From Peribolospora baueri (Eukaryota), in the NCBI GenBank assembly GCA_029717555.1, contig JAMDHS010000070.1, positions 62,001-113,196 of the forward strand: DNA of 51,196 nucleotides, read 5' to 3'. Position numbers and translations under genes: made by a program. Shown here piece by piece: positions 37,601-49,742 of the stretch. Each line of letters starts with the position of its first letter. The stretch's first letter is position 1. Under the pieces are notes generated by a model. It worked only from the letters and a program-made list of their open reading frames with translations, was not told the DNA's origin and did not search any database.

Positions 37601-39729
37601 TTCGTCAGCAAATATTCTCCCGTTCTCTACAAGGCGCACGTCAGCGAGTTGGTCAAAGCGCTCTCATCAGACAGGTCTAACGAGCGGCTCGTGCGCGTCT
37701 GTCTCGGTGCGCTGTCGAGTCTGGCTCAACACGAACCGAACGCCGCACCCTCCGATAGGTCAGTGAAGCGCAATGTGGCTAAACGATTTGCAGGTAAAAT
37801 TGTTTTTGCTGGCTGACGACCTTGATTATGACCATTAGGCGCGCGTTGGAGCAGGCAGTGTACTACGTTCAAAAAGGCACGCCCCTCCAGGCGCGTTATG
37901 CAGCCAAGTTGCTCGCCCTGATGCAAGGCAAAGAAAGCGATCGTCAGAGGCAGACGAAAGTGAGGGCTATTCTGCCGGCGTCGAGCGAACGAGTCACGCC
38001 GAACGAACGAGTTGTGTGTCTGACCCGATCCCGCCTCTTGTTTCATTTTAGATCCTTGCCGACGCTCTCCCTTCCGCCACGGGCGAGACTCTCGTCGCAC
38101 ACCTGCACGCTCTATCCCAGATTGCCAAGTTTGCTCCGGAAGCGTTTGAGGAGAGCAGCGACAAAGTGATGCAGATCACTCTCAAGGACATCCTGATGAA
38201 GTCGTCCTCTGGGACGAAGACGCGTGCGTCGGAGGATGACGACTGGGTTGCGGATGAAGACATGGATGCGAGCCTGCGAGCGAAGCTGCTTGGAGTGGAG
38301 GTCATCACCAACCGAGGGCTGTCATTTGCAAAGGCCGACAATGCAGAGGACATGCTCAGGCCTGTTCTCAAGTGCTTGTGGGCAATATTGGACCGGGGCG
38401 AGGTGGTGGAAGGGAACAGCCCGTGAGCCGTCGCCTTTGCCGGCTGGTTTCGTCGAGATGTTGGCCCTCACTGACGGTGGCTTATTCTTCCAGCGCGTCG
38501 TCCAAGTCCCGAATGCGTTTAAAGTCGGCATACTGTTTGCTCAAACTCGCTCGGACGGAACAGGGCGACAAGGCGATTGGCAAGGACTTTCTGAACCTCG
38601 CTTTTCTGATGCAGGATCCATGTTTCCAAGTCAGGCAAGGCTTCATCGTCAAGCACTTGAAGTATCTGCGACGGGGCCAGTTGAGGCCGAGGTTCAACGC
38701 CATCCCTTTCCTGGTCGCTTACGATCCTGAAACGGAGAACCGGACGATGGTGAGCGAGAGGGGCGACAAGAGAACCTTTTTTTTTCGTAGCGCGACATCT
38801 GGCCTAACTCGTTCCCTCTTCGTAGGTGGCCAACTTTGCGATCCAGCAGTTCCGAAACTTGCCCGCTCAGGCTCGCTTGGCTCGGTTCGAAATGATCTTT
38901 GTGCGCCTGCTACATCTCCTCGCCCATCATCCGGACTTTAGCAGGGAGGGAGAAGATTTCGGAGAGGAAATTCGAAGCTTTGCGCGGTACATCGAGTTTT
39001 ACCTCGATTGTATCGCCAACAGCGAAAACGTGTCTCTTCTCTTCCACCTCGCGCTCAAGTGCAAGACAGTGCGAGATGCGGAGAGCACGGGACACAGCGA
39101 GGTGCGTCCTTGAAGGAACTTTGTCGACATGTGACGGAGCCAAACTGATCCTATTCGTGCTGACACCCCCTTCCCATCGATCGGTCTCAGAACTTGTACA
39201 CTCTGTCAGAGCTCGCGCAACACCTAATCCGACTACGGGCAAGCGCTCACCAATGGCCTCTGAACACCTACCCGGCGAAGATCCAAATGCCGTCGGACAT
39301 CTTCCGTTCACTGCCGAGCAAGGAGGTAGCGCAGGAGGTCTACCGTCGAAACTTTTTTCCTCCGGCCGTTTTACAGACTATAGGAAGCGAGGCCAAGCGG
39401 AGACCGGCGGAATCAGGAGACGGTACGATAAAAGCGGTGAGCAAGGCGATCGGTACGGGAGCGAGGAAGAAGAGGGCACGGCGGGAGAAAACGCGGCCAA
39501 AGTGAGCCTATTTTTCTGTCTTTCGAATCCCGGGCACGTACGTGTTCGAAGTTGGGGCGCTCACGCTGCCTTTCCGTCTCGCAGGGCGAAACCGAAGCGT
39601 AGGAGGTACGCGTCGGAAGAGGAAGAGGAAGAGGAGTCGTCGTTGGAGGAGGAAGAGGAAGAGGAAGAGGAAGAGGAGGAAGAAGGCGGTGACGACTCGT
39701 CGTTGACGTCCTTGTCCGATGAGGAATGA
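34659..39729 (+). CDS. PDS5: Sister chromatid cohesion protein Pds5 (HEAT repeats), multi-exon
   Basis: LHKDKGVKAALACCLADILRLYAPDAPYT; YLLESLSNVKSVVLVCDLP; LLLNVIPQLEEEL; QDPCFQVRQGFIVK; FEMIFVRLLHLLAHHPDF; NLYTLSELAQ; acidic C-terminal tail. Confidence 0.96.
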
Positions 39730-40934
39730 GGAAGTGGAGGAATGAGATGAGAAACCGCGTGGTGTCATGCTCTGTTTTGTGCTCTGCTTCGTATGTACGT
39801 CTGGCCTCGAATCGCTATCCGAACGGTTGTACTTTACTTTTTACTCATTCTAGTTAGCCGCCGCCGGTCCGCCTTGCCTCGGTCGGGGCGGGGCGATCGT
39901 CGGGGGAACAGGGCGAGATGGAGGAGGAATGTGCCACGTCGGCAGTCCGCATGTCACGTTCTGCAGGTGTGTATGTGGGTGGAGGAGAACGAGCGCTCTC
40001 CCTCCCTCCCGTGGACCTAGCTAGGACTGGGCCCGCTTTGCTTTGGTTTGCTTGTTTTCCACTCGACCGGTCGGGTCGGACCTGGTGATCAATCAGATCA
40101 ACAATGGGGCGGGGCGGCGGGTCCACGCACCCACGGTGGGTCCATTTGTTTATTTATTTATTCATGTTCATCGCCGTCGCTCGCCTGCCTCCTCGTCTCG
40201 TCTCGTCCGTCTCCTGCCTGCCTGCCTTCCTCGCCTGCCCGTGCTCGCCCAGCTGAGCACGGCGACGTGGCTGACCAGCTCGGCGCGCGTCGGCGCGTCG
40301 TGGGGGACAGACGGAGAGGAGGGGATCGTCGACGAGCGAGCCGTCCCACATACAGCTCTGTTCGGAGGGCGGCGGCATGTTTACTGATGTGTGTCCGTCG
40401 ATAGATAGATAATCAGCTTTGCGGAAGGAGATGGTGGGCCGAGCAGAAGGAAAGGCGGCGTCGATATTCGCCGGACGTCGGCCTGCGGCGACTGCGGCGA
40501 CTGCGGCGGGGCCCGTTGAGCGCGGGTGCAGTCGCCGCTAATCGACGCGTCGAAAGGGCATTTCAAATCTTTCAAATCCTAAACGACGGCCGCAGCCGAC
40601 GCGCGGGGCGGAGGGAGAGCGGGGAGACGGCGTCGAAGGGGGCGGGCTGGCGGGAGTCGTGTACACCGATAGCATACGCGCGTAGTAGTAAGTATACGCT
40701 ACACGTACACTAGTAGTCTGCGCGACACTCATGGTCGGAACTCGGTCGACTCGCTCGACGCGCATCGTCGCAGCCATCTCCATCTTTCCTCCCTCCTCCA
40801 TCTCCATCTCCATCTCCCTCCTCCTCCTTCTCCTTCTCGGCTTGTATTTGCTTCCTCCCCTCTCTCCTTCCCACCTACGCTCCCTCAGCATCCCAGCCGT
40901 TGATTGGCGCCTAAGATCGACCACACCCACGGCC

Positions 40935-41971
40935 ATGTCCGGTGAGCTGAGCTGAGCTGAGCTGAGCGGGACCGGATCGTGACGGACGGACAGACGACCT
41001 CGCCTGCTGGCTTTCGCTCACCTTTCTCCCTTCCCCTTCCCCTCAGCCGTCTACTCCATCTACACCTCCCCCAACCATGCCCCCATCCCGAACCACCTTC
41101 CGACGTTGATCGTCACCCCACATGGTGTGTCCGCCGCGCGACCGCGCGAACTCGTCTCTCCTCACGCTCACGCTCACCCCACATCTTCCCTCTTTCGGCT
41201 CTTTCGTTCGTCGCCACGCTCTCAGGGCAACCCCACCACACTCTGTGAGTTCTGACATCGGGACAACAAATCTGACACGTGTTTCAGACGAGACCTGACG
41301 CTGCCCCCCTTTTCCAGTTACTCCTACATTCACACCAACTTCAACCGGGAGACCTATCTCCTCACCCCGTAAGTACGCGCGATGCCTCTCTGTCTCAGCA
41401 CGTCCTCTTACGCTGTCGCTGTCGCCGCGCTGTCCTACAGCTCTCCTCAAGGCGACCTCTGCGTCGCCAAGATGATTCCCCCTCCCGGCTCGCGCACTCC
41501 CGCCGGCGGCGGCTCCACAAAGTCCGACCCCGGCCACCCCAACGGCGGCACTCGGTCCGTCCACTGCGAGGCGTCGCGCAACCTCAAGTGGACCATCACC
41601 AACACTGGCGTCGTCTCTCCCATCTACAAGCTCACCTTGCCCAACCCCGACTCGCCGTCCAACGAACAGCCCCTCTTCCAGATCTCCAAGCCTAACCCCA
41701 ACGCGACCTTCTGGACCATGTTCTACTTTACCTACGCAGGTCACCTCATCCCCCCCAAACGCGTCGAGTTTGGCAAAATTCAGAAGAACGCGACCGTCTC
41801 CTCCAGCGGCGGTACGGCAAGCTCCGCTGGAGGAGGCACTCGAGTGACCATCACCGGCAAGACGGAGGAGGAGAAGGCGGTATGGCAGACGCTCGGAGAG
41901 GGCAACGAGGACATGGTCGAGTGGATCGTCCTCTGCGCCGCCCTCAACCTCCTCGACGACGAAATCATCAA

Positions 41972-42005
<34 letters not shown>

Positions 42006-42512
42006 ACTAGCGGACCCGGACCCGGTCGATCCGTCCCGTCTTCTCGATCCCCGCAACCGCAGCCCCCGCGCTCGCCTATCTATGGCCCCAACGCCGGTGC
42101 ACCAGGACCGGGGAGCGGCTTCCGTCCGCCTCCACCTGGCCCGGGCCTGCAGGCTCGTCCTATGCCCAACGGGTATGGTCCCCCCCCTCCAGGCGGCGGC
42201 GGCGGCGGGTACCCGATGGGCCCACCAGGAGGCCCTGCCGGGCCGCGCCCGCCGCGCTCACACCCGCATCCGCACCCGCAGTCTCCGCAGGCGCTCGGTC
42301 CCACACGCTCCTTGTCAAACAACAACGTGGGCCAGGGTTACCCCATGCCCGTGCCTCGAGGACCGGGACCGGGACCGGGGCCGCCTGGGGGGATGGGCCC
42401 GATGGCTGGGAGGTCGCCGGTGAATTATGGGGGGGCGATGCAGGGCGGTGGGGCGGGACCGCCGAGGGGGCAGGGGCCGCCGCCGGGTCAGGGCCAGGGG
42501 AGGAGGATATGA
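40935..42512 (+). CDS. Uncharacterised protein with a globular beta-rich core and Gly/Pro-rich tail, 5 exons
   Basis: A 7-nt first coding exon (40935-40941), further small exons (one of 19 nt at 41226-41244) and a long last exon all join in frame via GT-AG introns. Core: LFQISKPNPNATFWTMFYFTYAGHLIPPKRVEFGKI...EDMVEWIVLCAALNLLDDEI. Confidence 0.82.
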
Positions 42513-42815
42513 TGGGCGACAAACGAGCGCGTCCTATGTCCCTTCGTCCCAGCGCCCCTTTTTCTCTTCTCCTCTAGTTGCCTTTCCCTTTTCTCTTTTC
42601 TCTCCTTCTCGTCTCCTGCTTTCTTCTCTCCTTTGATCGAGCTAGCGAGTAGCGGATAGCGAGTAAAACGAGCAGTCAGCGTTCCTCTCCTTCCCACCCC
42701 CCCTTCCCGATACCCGTTCCAATTCCCCGGTCGGCCGTTCCGCATCGTCTCGTCCATCCTCTTCCCTTCCCCTTTTCCTATCTTTTGGATTTTGTTGTTC
42801 GATCAGTTTTATTCC

Positions 42816-42886
42816 TCCCATCCATCCATCCATCCATCCGTCCGTCCGTCCGTCTGTCGGGTCGGTCGTTCGTCCGTCCGTCCGTC
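42816..42886. repeat. (TCCA)n/(TCCG)n compound microsatellite between convergent genes
   Basis: Directly visible ccatccatcc...cgtccgtccgtc. Confidence 0.85.
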
Positions 42887-44241
42887 GTATGTTCGGTTCA
42901 CTGTTTGCTTTTGCTTCAAACCAACCGCCTCCTCCTTCCCCTCCCCTTTCTTCCTCCCTCTCGATCCCCACCCGCTTGTTCCTCTCCGTCCTTTTCCGTA
43001 CCCTTGCGCACATGGCGTGGCATGGGCGGGGCGTGGCGTGAGGCGCCGTGTCTGTCTGTTCCATCCATCCGTCCGTTTCATTTTCGAGTGAGTACAACAA
43101 GTCCGATTCCCGTTTCGTTTCCGTGGCGTGCAGTCACGTAGCCCGTCCACCCGTCCGTCGTGTCTGTCTATCTGTTTCGTCTCGTCTCGTGTCTCGTCTA
43201 TCTCGCCTTTTTTTTTTTTGTTTTGTTTTGTTTTTTTTTCCCCTACTGTTCGGCGCTTGTGGAGATAGGGAGATGAGACAAGGACGAGTGCGATCGACGG
43301 ATGCGTGGAGCCGGTGACGCTCGGGCTTGGCAGGACCACGTGAGCAGAATGGATGAATGAATGAATGGATGGGGCATGCACGGTCACGCGGGTGGATATC
43401 CGGATGGTCGAGGCGTACGCACGCACGTATATGGGAACAGAAAGGGGGACGTCACACGCGCGTGCGATCAGGCGCGTGGCAGAAGTATCATTCATTACAA
43501 CTACGACGACCCCTTTTCTCGTACAAAGAACAAAGAAACGGACAAAGGAATGAAGCGAAGGTGGGGTAGATACCTAGGTCGGTCGGGTGGGCGACGAAAA
43601 AAAAAACACAAGGAAAACCACGGGACCGAACGTCCGAACCAATACAAACACAGGGCGGAAAGATAGGAAGGAAGGAAACGAAAAAAAAACCGATGGGACG
43701 ATGGACGAACGACTAGAGACCGGACGGACTGGGTGGGGCATGATATCGAACGCGTGTGTGAGCACGTGTCATTAGGGCCTAGGGTAAAGGCCAAGAGCGA
43801 GCGGGAGCGTGTGTGCGCTCAAGAGCGAGCGAGCGTTTTTAAGTGTGAGCAAAACTTGGAGGAATGCGATGATGCCAACGAAAACCGAGATGAAGACCGT
43901 GAGCTATGGAGAAGGACCGTGTGCGACGCGAGGTCGGTGGAAGGACCGGGGGAATCTTGAGAATGAGATGCGGGATGGAATGAATGGATAAGAGAAAAGG
44001 AGATGGAGTGGACGGTGAGAAGTGAAGAAAGAAAACGAGGACAGGGTTTCGAGAGGCAGGTGGGAAGATGAGCCAGTGCGTGCATCGTCGATGGCCAGCC
44101 GACCGATGGATGCGCCCGGTGGCCGAGGCGAGGCACCCTGGGCAGGAGAACTTGGAAAGGAAACGGTGAAGACGGGATGCCGGTAGAGGCGAATGCGAAA
44201 GGAGGGTAGCCGACGCGAACAGCTGTTCACCCTCCGCTCGC

Positions 44242-47241
44242 CTACATCTCGCGCCCCGCCCTACCCCTCCCCGCCCTTTCCCCCCTCCCGTTCAACTTTC
44301 CTTCCTCCTCCTCCCCGCGCCCTCCACCGCCATTCAAAGTTTTTGCCGAAGCCGAAGCCGAAGTCGAAGACGAAGCCAAAGCCAAAGCCGATCCGGCGAG
44401 AGTCTCCCGCGATCGCGACGCCTTTCTCGCCTCCGTAGGCGAGTCTGGAGGACTGGTCGCGACGGCAGCGAGCACGCCAGCCCGGCGAACGCCCAGATCT
44501 CGATCTCTGACCCTGCTCCGGCCTCCGGTCGCGGTCGAGCGAGCGAGCCTGTCGGTGGGAAGGGACGCCGCGGAAGGCGAAGGAGATGCGGAGGAATTGG
44601 GACGAGGAGGACTGGCGGCGGCATGGGAACGGGGAATGGGGCGTCTGGAAAGAGGCCTGGACCTCGTCTGCTTGCTCGACGAGCCGTCGGAAAAGACATC
44701 CTCTGAAGACGCTCGAGGAGGCCGTGACCTGCCCCCTCTCCTCTTGCCCACGCTCCCGCGGCCTGGACCAGGGCCGCTCCCAGGCACATTCGACGCGCGC
44801 GAACCCTTGCCGCCCGCCGCGACTTTGGCATCCCGAGAAGGCCACTTGGACGTCGATGACGACGGCTGACCGCTCGCCTCGAAGCTCCGCACCAAGCTAC
44901 GCGGCTCGAACTCGTCTCCATCCAGCTCGAGGTCCTTGGGCGTGCGTCCGCTGGGCGTCTGCAGCGTCAGCACGGGCGCCGCGGCGTCGCGGACGGGCGT
45001 GATGGCGCGCACAGAGGGCGAGTGTGGAGATCCATGTTGAGGCGCTGGGAGAGGTGATGCGGGCGCATTTATGCGAAAGCTGCCAGTGGGGGCTGGAGCA
45101 GTCTTCGGAGGCGAAGAAGGGACGAATCGGGCCGGTAACGCGGGCACTGGCGGCGGGGGAGATTGCTGTTGTGAGGTGCGAGAAGAAAAGGGGGAAGAAG
45201 CGGTGCGGAGGGATTCGGAAGAGCGCTCGAGAACGCCGCGGAGCGCGTCCACGCTCCTCATCCTCCGCGTCGCTCTCCTCCTTTCTTGCCTTTCGGCGTC
45301 CACCCTCGCGGACTGTCCGGCGAGACGGTGAGCGTCCGCCGATTCCATCCTTCCTCCCGTAGTCAAAGGCGTAGAGAAGCTGGACCACGTGCCAAAGCCC
45401 GTGGCATGCCCACCAAAGCCGATGGACAGGCTAGAAGGCCGGAGACATCCCTCGTTGCGTAGCGCGACAGCCGCACGGGGAGACAAAACCGCGGGGGCTA
45501 TTTGGGCGTGCAGAGAGGTGCGTGGGCGGCGTGGTCGGCGTTCGTCGCATTCGGACGGAGGGGACGTGGGTGGCGAAGGGGAGGCGACGGGAGGGGCTGT
45601 GGCGGACTCGGCGGTCACCCCACCGCCGCTGACGCTGGTAGACGCGTCGACGGGACCGTTTGACCGAATCGGCCATGTCTCGTAGCCATCGCCATCGCCG
45701 TCGCCATCGCCATCGCCATCGCCATCGCCGCTCCGGCTGCGGCTCTTCCTCCGCTCGACGGCAGCTTGGTCGAGAGGAGCGAGCGTCTTGCTCCACTCCT
45801 CGCGAGCGCGACGATGTTCCTCAGCGTCTCCTCCCGGAGAGGACACGTCGCTGGCGTCCGAGAGGGACTCGAGCAGAGAAGGGCGCTCCTTCCTCCTCGT
45901 CGAGCCCCGCACGCGTGCGCCGGCCGAGGAAGGGGCGGTGGCGGAGATGAGAGGCGAGTCGAGGGCGCTTCGAAGCTGCGGGCCCTCGGCGCGACCCTGG
46001 CCCTCGTTGCCACCGTTTGGGAGCATATACAAAGAAGGGTCTGTTAACGGGGAAGGTAAGGTCGCATTGCGGCGGTAGGCGAGCGAACCCGCCCATATCG
46101 GGTTTTTGGTGCTGAAGGAGGAGGAAGAGGCCCTCGACGGCGGGCCTGGCCTCGCGTTCGGTGGGAGAGGAGGACGAGGAGGCCCGGCCAAGGTAGATGC
46201 GCGGTCGATGGGCGGCGCTGCCTTGGACGACGAACCTTGAGGAAGCGCCGCGGACATGGCCATCGGCGAGGCTGGAGACGACTCGGTGCGGCCCAGGTGA
46301 GGACGCTTGGACGCTGCGTCGAGTGGGTGGCCATGGTGGGAGGGTAGGAGGGAAGAGAGGGAGAGGGAGGAACTGACGTGGTTGGGAGAAGAGGTGGTCG
46401 AAACGGATGAGGAGCTTTCGCCGGAGGAGCCCGAGCCTGAGGCGTCCAGAGGAGGAATGTACGTCGGCGCGGCATCCAGTCCCTTCGCGGAGGGCGGATG
46501 ATGGTCGACATTAGCGGCGTCGACACCCGCACTCGAGATGAGGTCCGACAAGGAGCGCAGGGAGGAGAGAGCGTCTCCGTTTCGTCCTCGGCCGGCGGTG
46601 TCCACCGACGTGTCGCGCGCAGGAGGCGACGGAGAATCCGCTGGGGCGACCTTTTGGGCCTGGCCGGGGCGCCAGAGGAGAGCGGAGACCCAGTCAGGAA
46701 AGCTCTGCTGCTTCCTGAGCGCCTTGGGTTGTCGATCTGTCGTGCGCATGCCGGCCATGTGAGCTCCTTCGTCTTCGTCGCCTGCCTCGTCCCCTTCCTC
46801 CTCCGCCGCTCCATCGCCCCGTACACCGCCATCTCCGACCTTGCCATCGGCTTTGTGGGTGGAAGAAGGCGTAAAACCGAGACTGGCGATGCGAAGGCCG
46901 AACCCACTCACGCCGCGCGGACGGGGGCCTCGGCCAAGTCGGACGGACTCTGGGGTGAAGACGCGCGTCTCCTTGTAGCCGGCTCGCTCGAGGAGGTCTT
47001 GAAGGGACTCGTAAGTCTGTGAGGCGGGACGGATGGATAGGCCAGTGGGTGGCGGCGACTGGGCGGAGAGTGGCGAGGACGGGTCGGTTGAGGCGTCGGC
47101 GTCGTCGGCGGCGGCTCGACGTGGGTGTCTAGACGAGGTCGCGCGGGCGCTGCGTCGAGCGTGGTGAGTAGGGTAGCGAGGTGTACGCTGAAGAGGCTCT
47201 CCCACTTCGGCGGGGGGCAAGAGAGGCGTTGGGGGAGACAT
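44242..47241 (-). CDS. Ser/Pro/Arg-rich, probably disordered hypothetical protein (about 999 aa, apparently intronless)
   Basis: Stop-free 3-kb frame; best ATG at 47241 (MSPPTPLLPP); short ordered-looking segment YESLQDLLERAGYKETRVFTPE. Confidence 0.78.
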   Translation of the reverse strand: MSPPTPLLPPAEVGEPLQRTPRYPTHHARRSARATSSRHPRRAAADDADASTDPSSPLSAQSPPPTGLSIRPASQTYESLQDLLERAGYKETRVFTPESVRLGRGPRPRGVSGFGLRIASLGFTPSSTHKADGKVGDGGVRGDGAAEEEGDEAGDEDEGAHMAGMRTTDRQPKALRKQQSFPDWVSALLWRPGQAQKVAPADSPSPPARDTSVDTAGRGRNGDALSSLRSLSDLISSAGVDAANVDHHPPSAKGLDAAPTYIPPLDASGSGSSGESSSSVSTTSSPNHVSSSLSLSSLLPSHHGHPLDAASKRPHLGRTESSPASPMAMSAALPQGSSSKAAPPIDRASTLAGPPRPPLPPNARPGPPSRASSSSFSTKNPIWAGSLAYRRNATLPSPLTDPSLYMLPNGGNEGQGRAEGPQLRSALDSPLISATAPSSAGARVRGSTRRKERPSLLESLSDASDVSSPGGDAEEHRRAREEWSKTLAPLDQAAVERRKSRSRSGDGDGDGDGDGDGDGYETWPIRSNGPVDASTSVSGGGVTAESATAPPVASPSPPTSPPSECDERRPRRPRTSLHAQIAPAVLSPRAAVALRNEGCLRPSSLSIGFGGHATGFGTWSSFSTPLTTGGRMESADAHRLAGQSARVDAERQERRRATRRMRSVDALRGVLERSSESLRTASSPFSSRTSQQQSPPPPVPALPARFVPSSPPKTAPAPTGSFRINAPASPLPAPQHGSPHSPSVRAITPVRDAAAPVLTLQTPSGRTPKDLELDGDEFEPRSLVRSFEASGQPSSSTSKWPSRDAKVAAGGKGSRASNVPGSGPGPGRGSVGKRRGGRSRPPRASSEDVFSDGSSSKQTRSRPLSRRPIPRSHAAASPPRPNSSASPSPSAASLPTDRLARSTATGGRSRVRDRDLGVRRAGVLAAVATSPPDSPTEARKASRSRETLAGSALALASSSTSASASAKTLNGGGGRGEEEEGKLNGRGERAGRGRAGREM

Positions 47242-47740
47242 GACGATGGCCGGGGAGAAGGAGGTGGAGGTGATGGGTGGAGTTAAGGACGAGGGAGAGG
47301 GTGAATTAGGAGGGCAGGTGTTGGAGACGGAGCGATGCCCCGGTCGGGTAGAAGCCGAGTTATCATGATGGTGGTGGTGGGGGGGAGTGGAAGCGGGCAA
47401 TGGGCGGGAAAGGGGACGCGAGGCCTGGTGGGGCGGGATATGGTCGATCGGGGCAAACAAAAGAAGGTGAGACGAAGATGAGATCGGGGTGCGGCTCGCA
47501 CGCAACCCGTCTGTCTCCCTCTGGACAAACTCCATCCAACACGCACCCGTCCAGTTCCAAGGGCCAGGGTGCCCTTGGTGGGACAGTCGCGGGCCGACAT
47601 GTCCGTCTGGCTGACCTGCAGCCTGCGTGGCCGGGGCAGAAGCGAATAAGGAGAAAAAGGGGCCGGTGGTACGAGAAAGGAAGAAGGAGGACCGGGGAAA
47701 TTAGGGGTTAAGGGGGAAGTAGAGACGGGGGACTGGGGTT

Positions 47741-47828
47741 GATGGCGATGGCGATGGCGGTGGCGATGGCGGTGGCGGTGGTGGCGGCGGTAGTGACGGT
47801 GGTGGTGGTGGTGGTGGTGGTGGTGGTG
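47741..47828. repeat. (GATGGC)n/(GGT)n compound microsatellite
   Basis: Directly visible, upstream of the minus-strand orphan gene. Confidence 0.9.
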
Positions 47829-48113
47829 ATAGCGACAGCGAACTTGGACGACGGTAACGAGACGAGCAGACGACCACCGCAACAAAGCGCGCGAGAGAAA
47901 CGGCGACCGCGCTCAACGACGACATTACTCGATCGGTTAATATCCTTGCTTACGTTCGCGCTAATCTCCCTTCATTCTCGCCCGCCACCCAAAAATGCAC
48001 CGGGCCCTCTTCGTCGCGCTCACCGCTGCGAAAGGGAAACGGCGCTTTTTGGAGGGAACACTGTAACTACTAGTACAAGTCGAAGCAGACGAACACGAGC
48101 AAACAGACCCTGT

Positions 48114-49433
48114 TCAATACGCGAACGGGAGCCCGCCTGGACGGGCTTCCCACCCTTCCGGCCGTTCCCTTCCCCCCGGCCCTCGCTCCTTGCCGCCGCG
48201 GTTGCCCGGTCGATTCGGGTTGGGACACATGTTGGCAAAGTGACCCCGCTCCCCGCACTGTCCAGACCAGACCACACGCCAAATCGATCTGGGTCAGCGT
48301 CCGTCCGGGAAGAGGACCACGAGCACTTGACACGCCTTCGCCTCGGTCATTCGAATGCGAGGCACATCGCTCACCTTGAAACACAAAACCTCATCCAAGT
48401 TTCTTCGGAAACCTCTCCGCGGCGCCTCTTCTCCCTCCCCTCCCCCTCCCATCCCGTTCTCCCGGTCGCGGTCGCGGTCATTCTGGCGCCCGTGTCTGGC
48501 CAGCGGAGGACCTCCAGCCGCCGGGTCGATGGGTCGATGGAGCGGCAAAGGTGAATTTGAACGGGAAGGAGCCGATGGCATGCTCATCTTTGGGCTGTCC
48601 GCACGACGAGCAACACGATCGCAAGCTTCAGCGCCGGGCAAGGCAAAACAGATTCGTTCACGATCACCGATCCACTCACTGTCCCATGGTGCAGTCCGGT
48701 CCATATGGGCAGAACCCTGCCAGATAGCGAGGACAGGCTACTCGACGGATGTGCTTCTTCGGACACCGCGGGCCTGCGACGAGGAGGGCGAAATGGAGGG
48801 AAGGAGGAATGGATAGGAAGTGAGCTCATGCGACACGACCAACGCGGTTTCCCAGACCACGACTCACCATCCTTGCAGAAACCGCGGCGATAGTAGGGGC
48901 ATTCCCGGATCTTGGCTCCGGGCTCGACGTGTAGATAGAGGCACTCGTCGCCGTTGCTGCAGAACCCATACTTGGCATAGAACCAGCATTCAGGCATGCG
49001 ACGAAGGTTGTACTCGTGAAGAAATTCGCAAGTGTCGCCTTTCTTGCAAAGCCCTCGCAACCAGTGCTTGCAGACCGTGCGCTGTGTCGGATCGCGAACC
49101 TGCGTTCCGGGAGGCAGGAAGTTTTGAGGCGAGGGAGATGTATGTCGCAACGGGCAGCGAATACCGTTAGGGCAGTCGCCCAGCAAAAACGGCTTGCAGA
49201 TTTGCTCATCTGACTGGTCGAGAACCGGGGTCCAGATGGAAGACGCGGGCACAAGGAACGGCAAATGTCAACAACCGTCGACCGGTAGTGCGACGCCTCC
49301 TTGAGCGGGTTACGGACTCGCCTGTATCGAGCTTGAGGTTGAGCTGATTCTTGATGTGGTCCTCGAAAGCGAACACGTTTTGATGCCAATCAGGTCGATG
49401 GACGACCGGCGTCGTCGTCACCGTCTCGGCCAT
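48114..49433 (-). CDS. YTH1: Cleavage/polyadenylation factor Yth1/CPSF30: five CCCH fingers plus a C-terminal CCHC knuckle, 5 exons
   Basis: TVCKHWLRGLCKKGDTCEFLHEYNLRRMPECWFYAKYGFCSNGDECLYLH; ECPYYRRGFCKD|GPRCPKKH; VLCFK|CGERGHFANMCPN. Confidence 0.96.
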
Positions 49434-49742
49434 GCTCGCGAATCGTCGGGTCTGGGTGTCAGCGACAAGCGGCGATACAGACAGAGGACAACACGCCGTA
49501 CGCGAAGAACGAGACGCGGATGATGAGCGGCTAGAGATGGGTCCGGATTGCAATCCAGCGGCGTCTGCCCGAGTTTGGTGTGCGTGGTCTGGTAGAAGAA
49601 AGATGCAGGCGGCCGATGACCGTCAACCTGGAGGAACGTCGGACTGCCGCAGCAACTCACGAAGGATAGTGCGTGTCGATCGAAGACGTCGTCGTGGATG
49701 GCGATCGACCGTTGATCATCGCGGCACCTCTCCTCGGCAACC

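Noticed and set aside
39515..39560. TTCGAATCCC resembling a tRNA T-arm/B-box
   Set aside because: It lies in the last PDS5 intron with no cloverleaf or A-box.
41043..42056. Long antisense ORFs here and opposite other genes
   Set aside because: Shadow frames of GC-rich coding sequence with no independent evidence.
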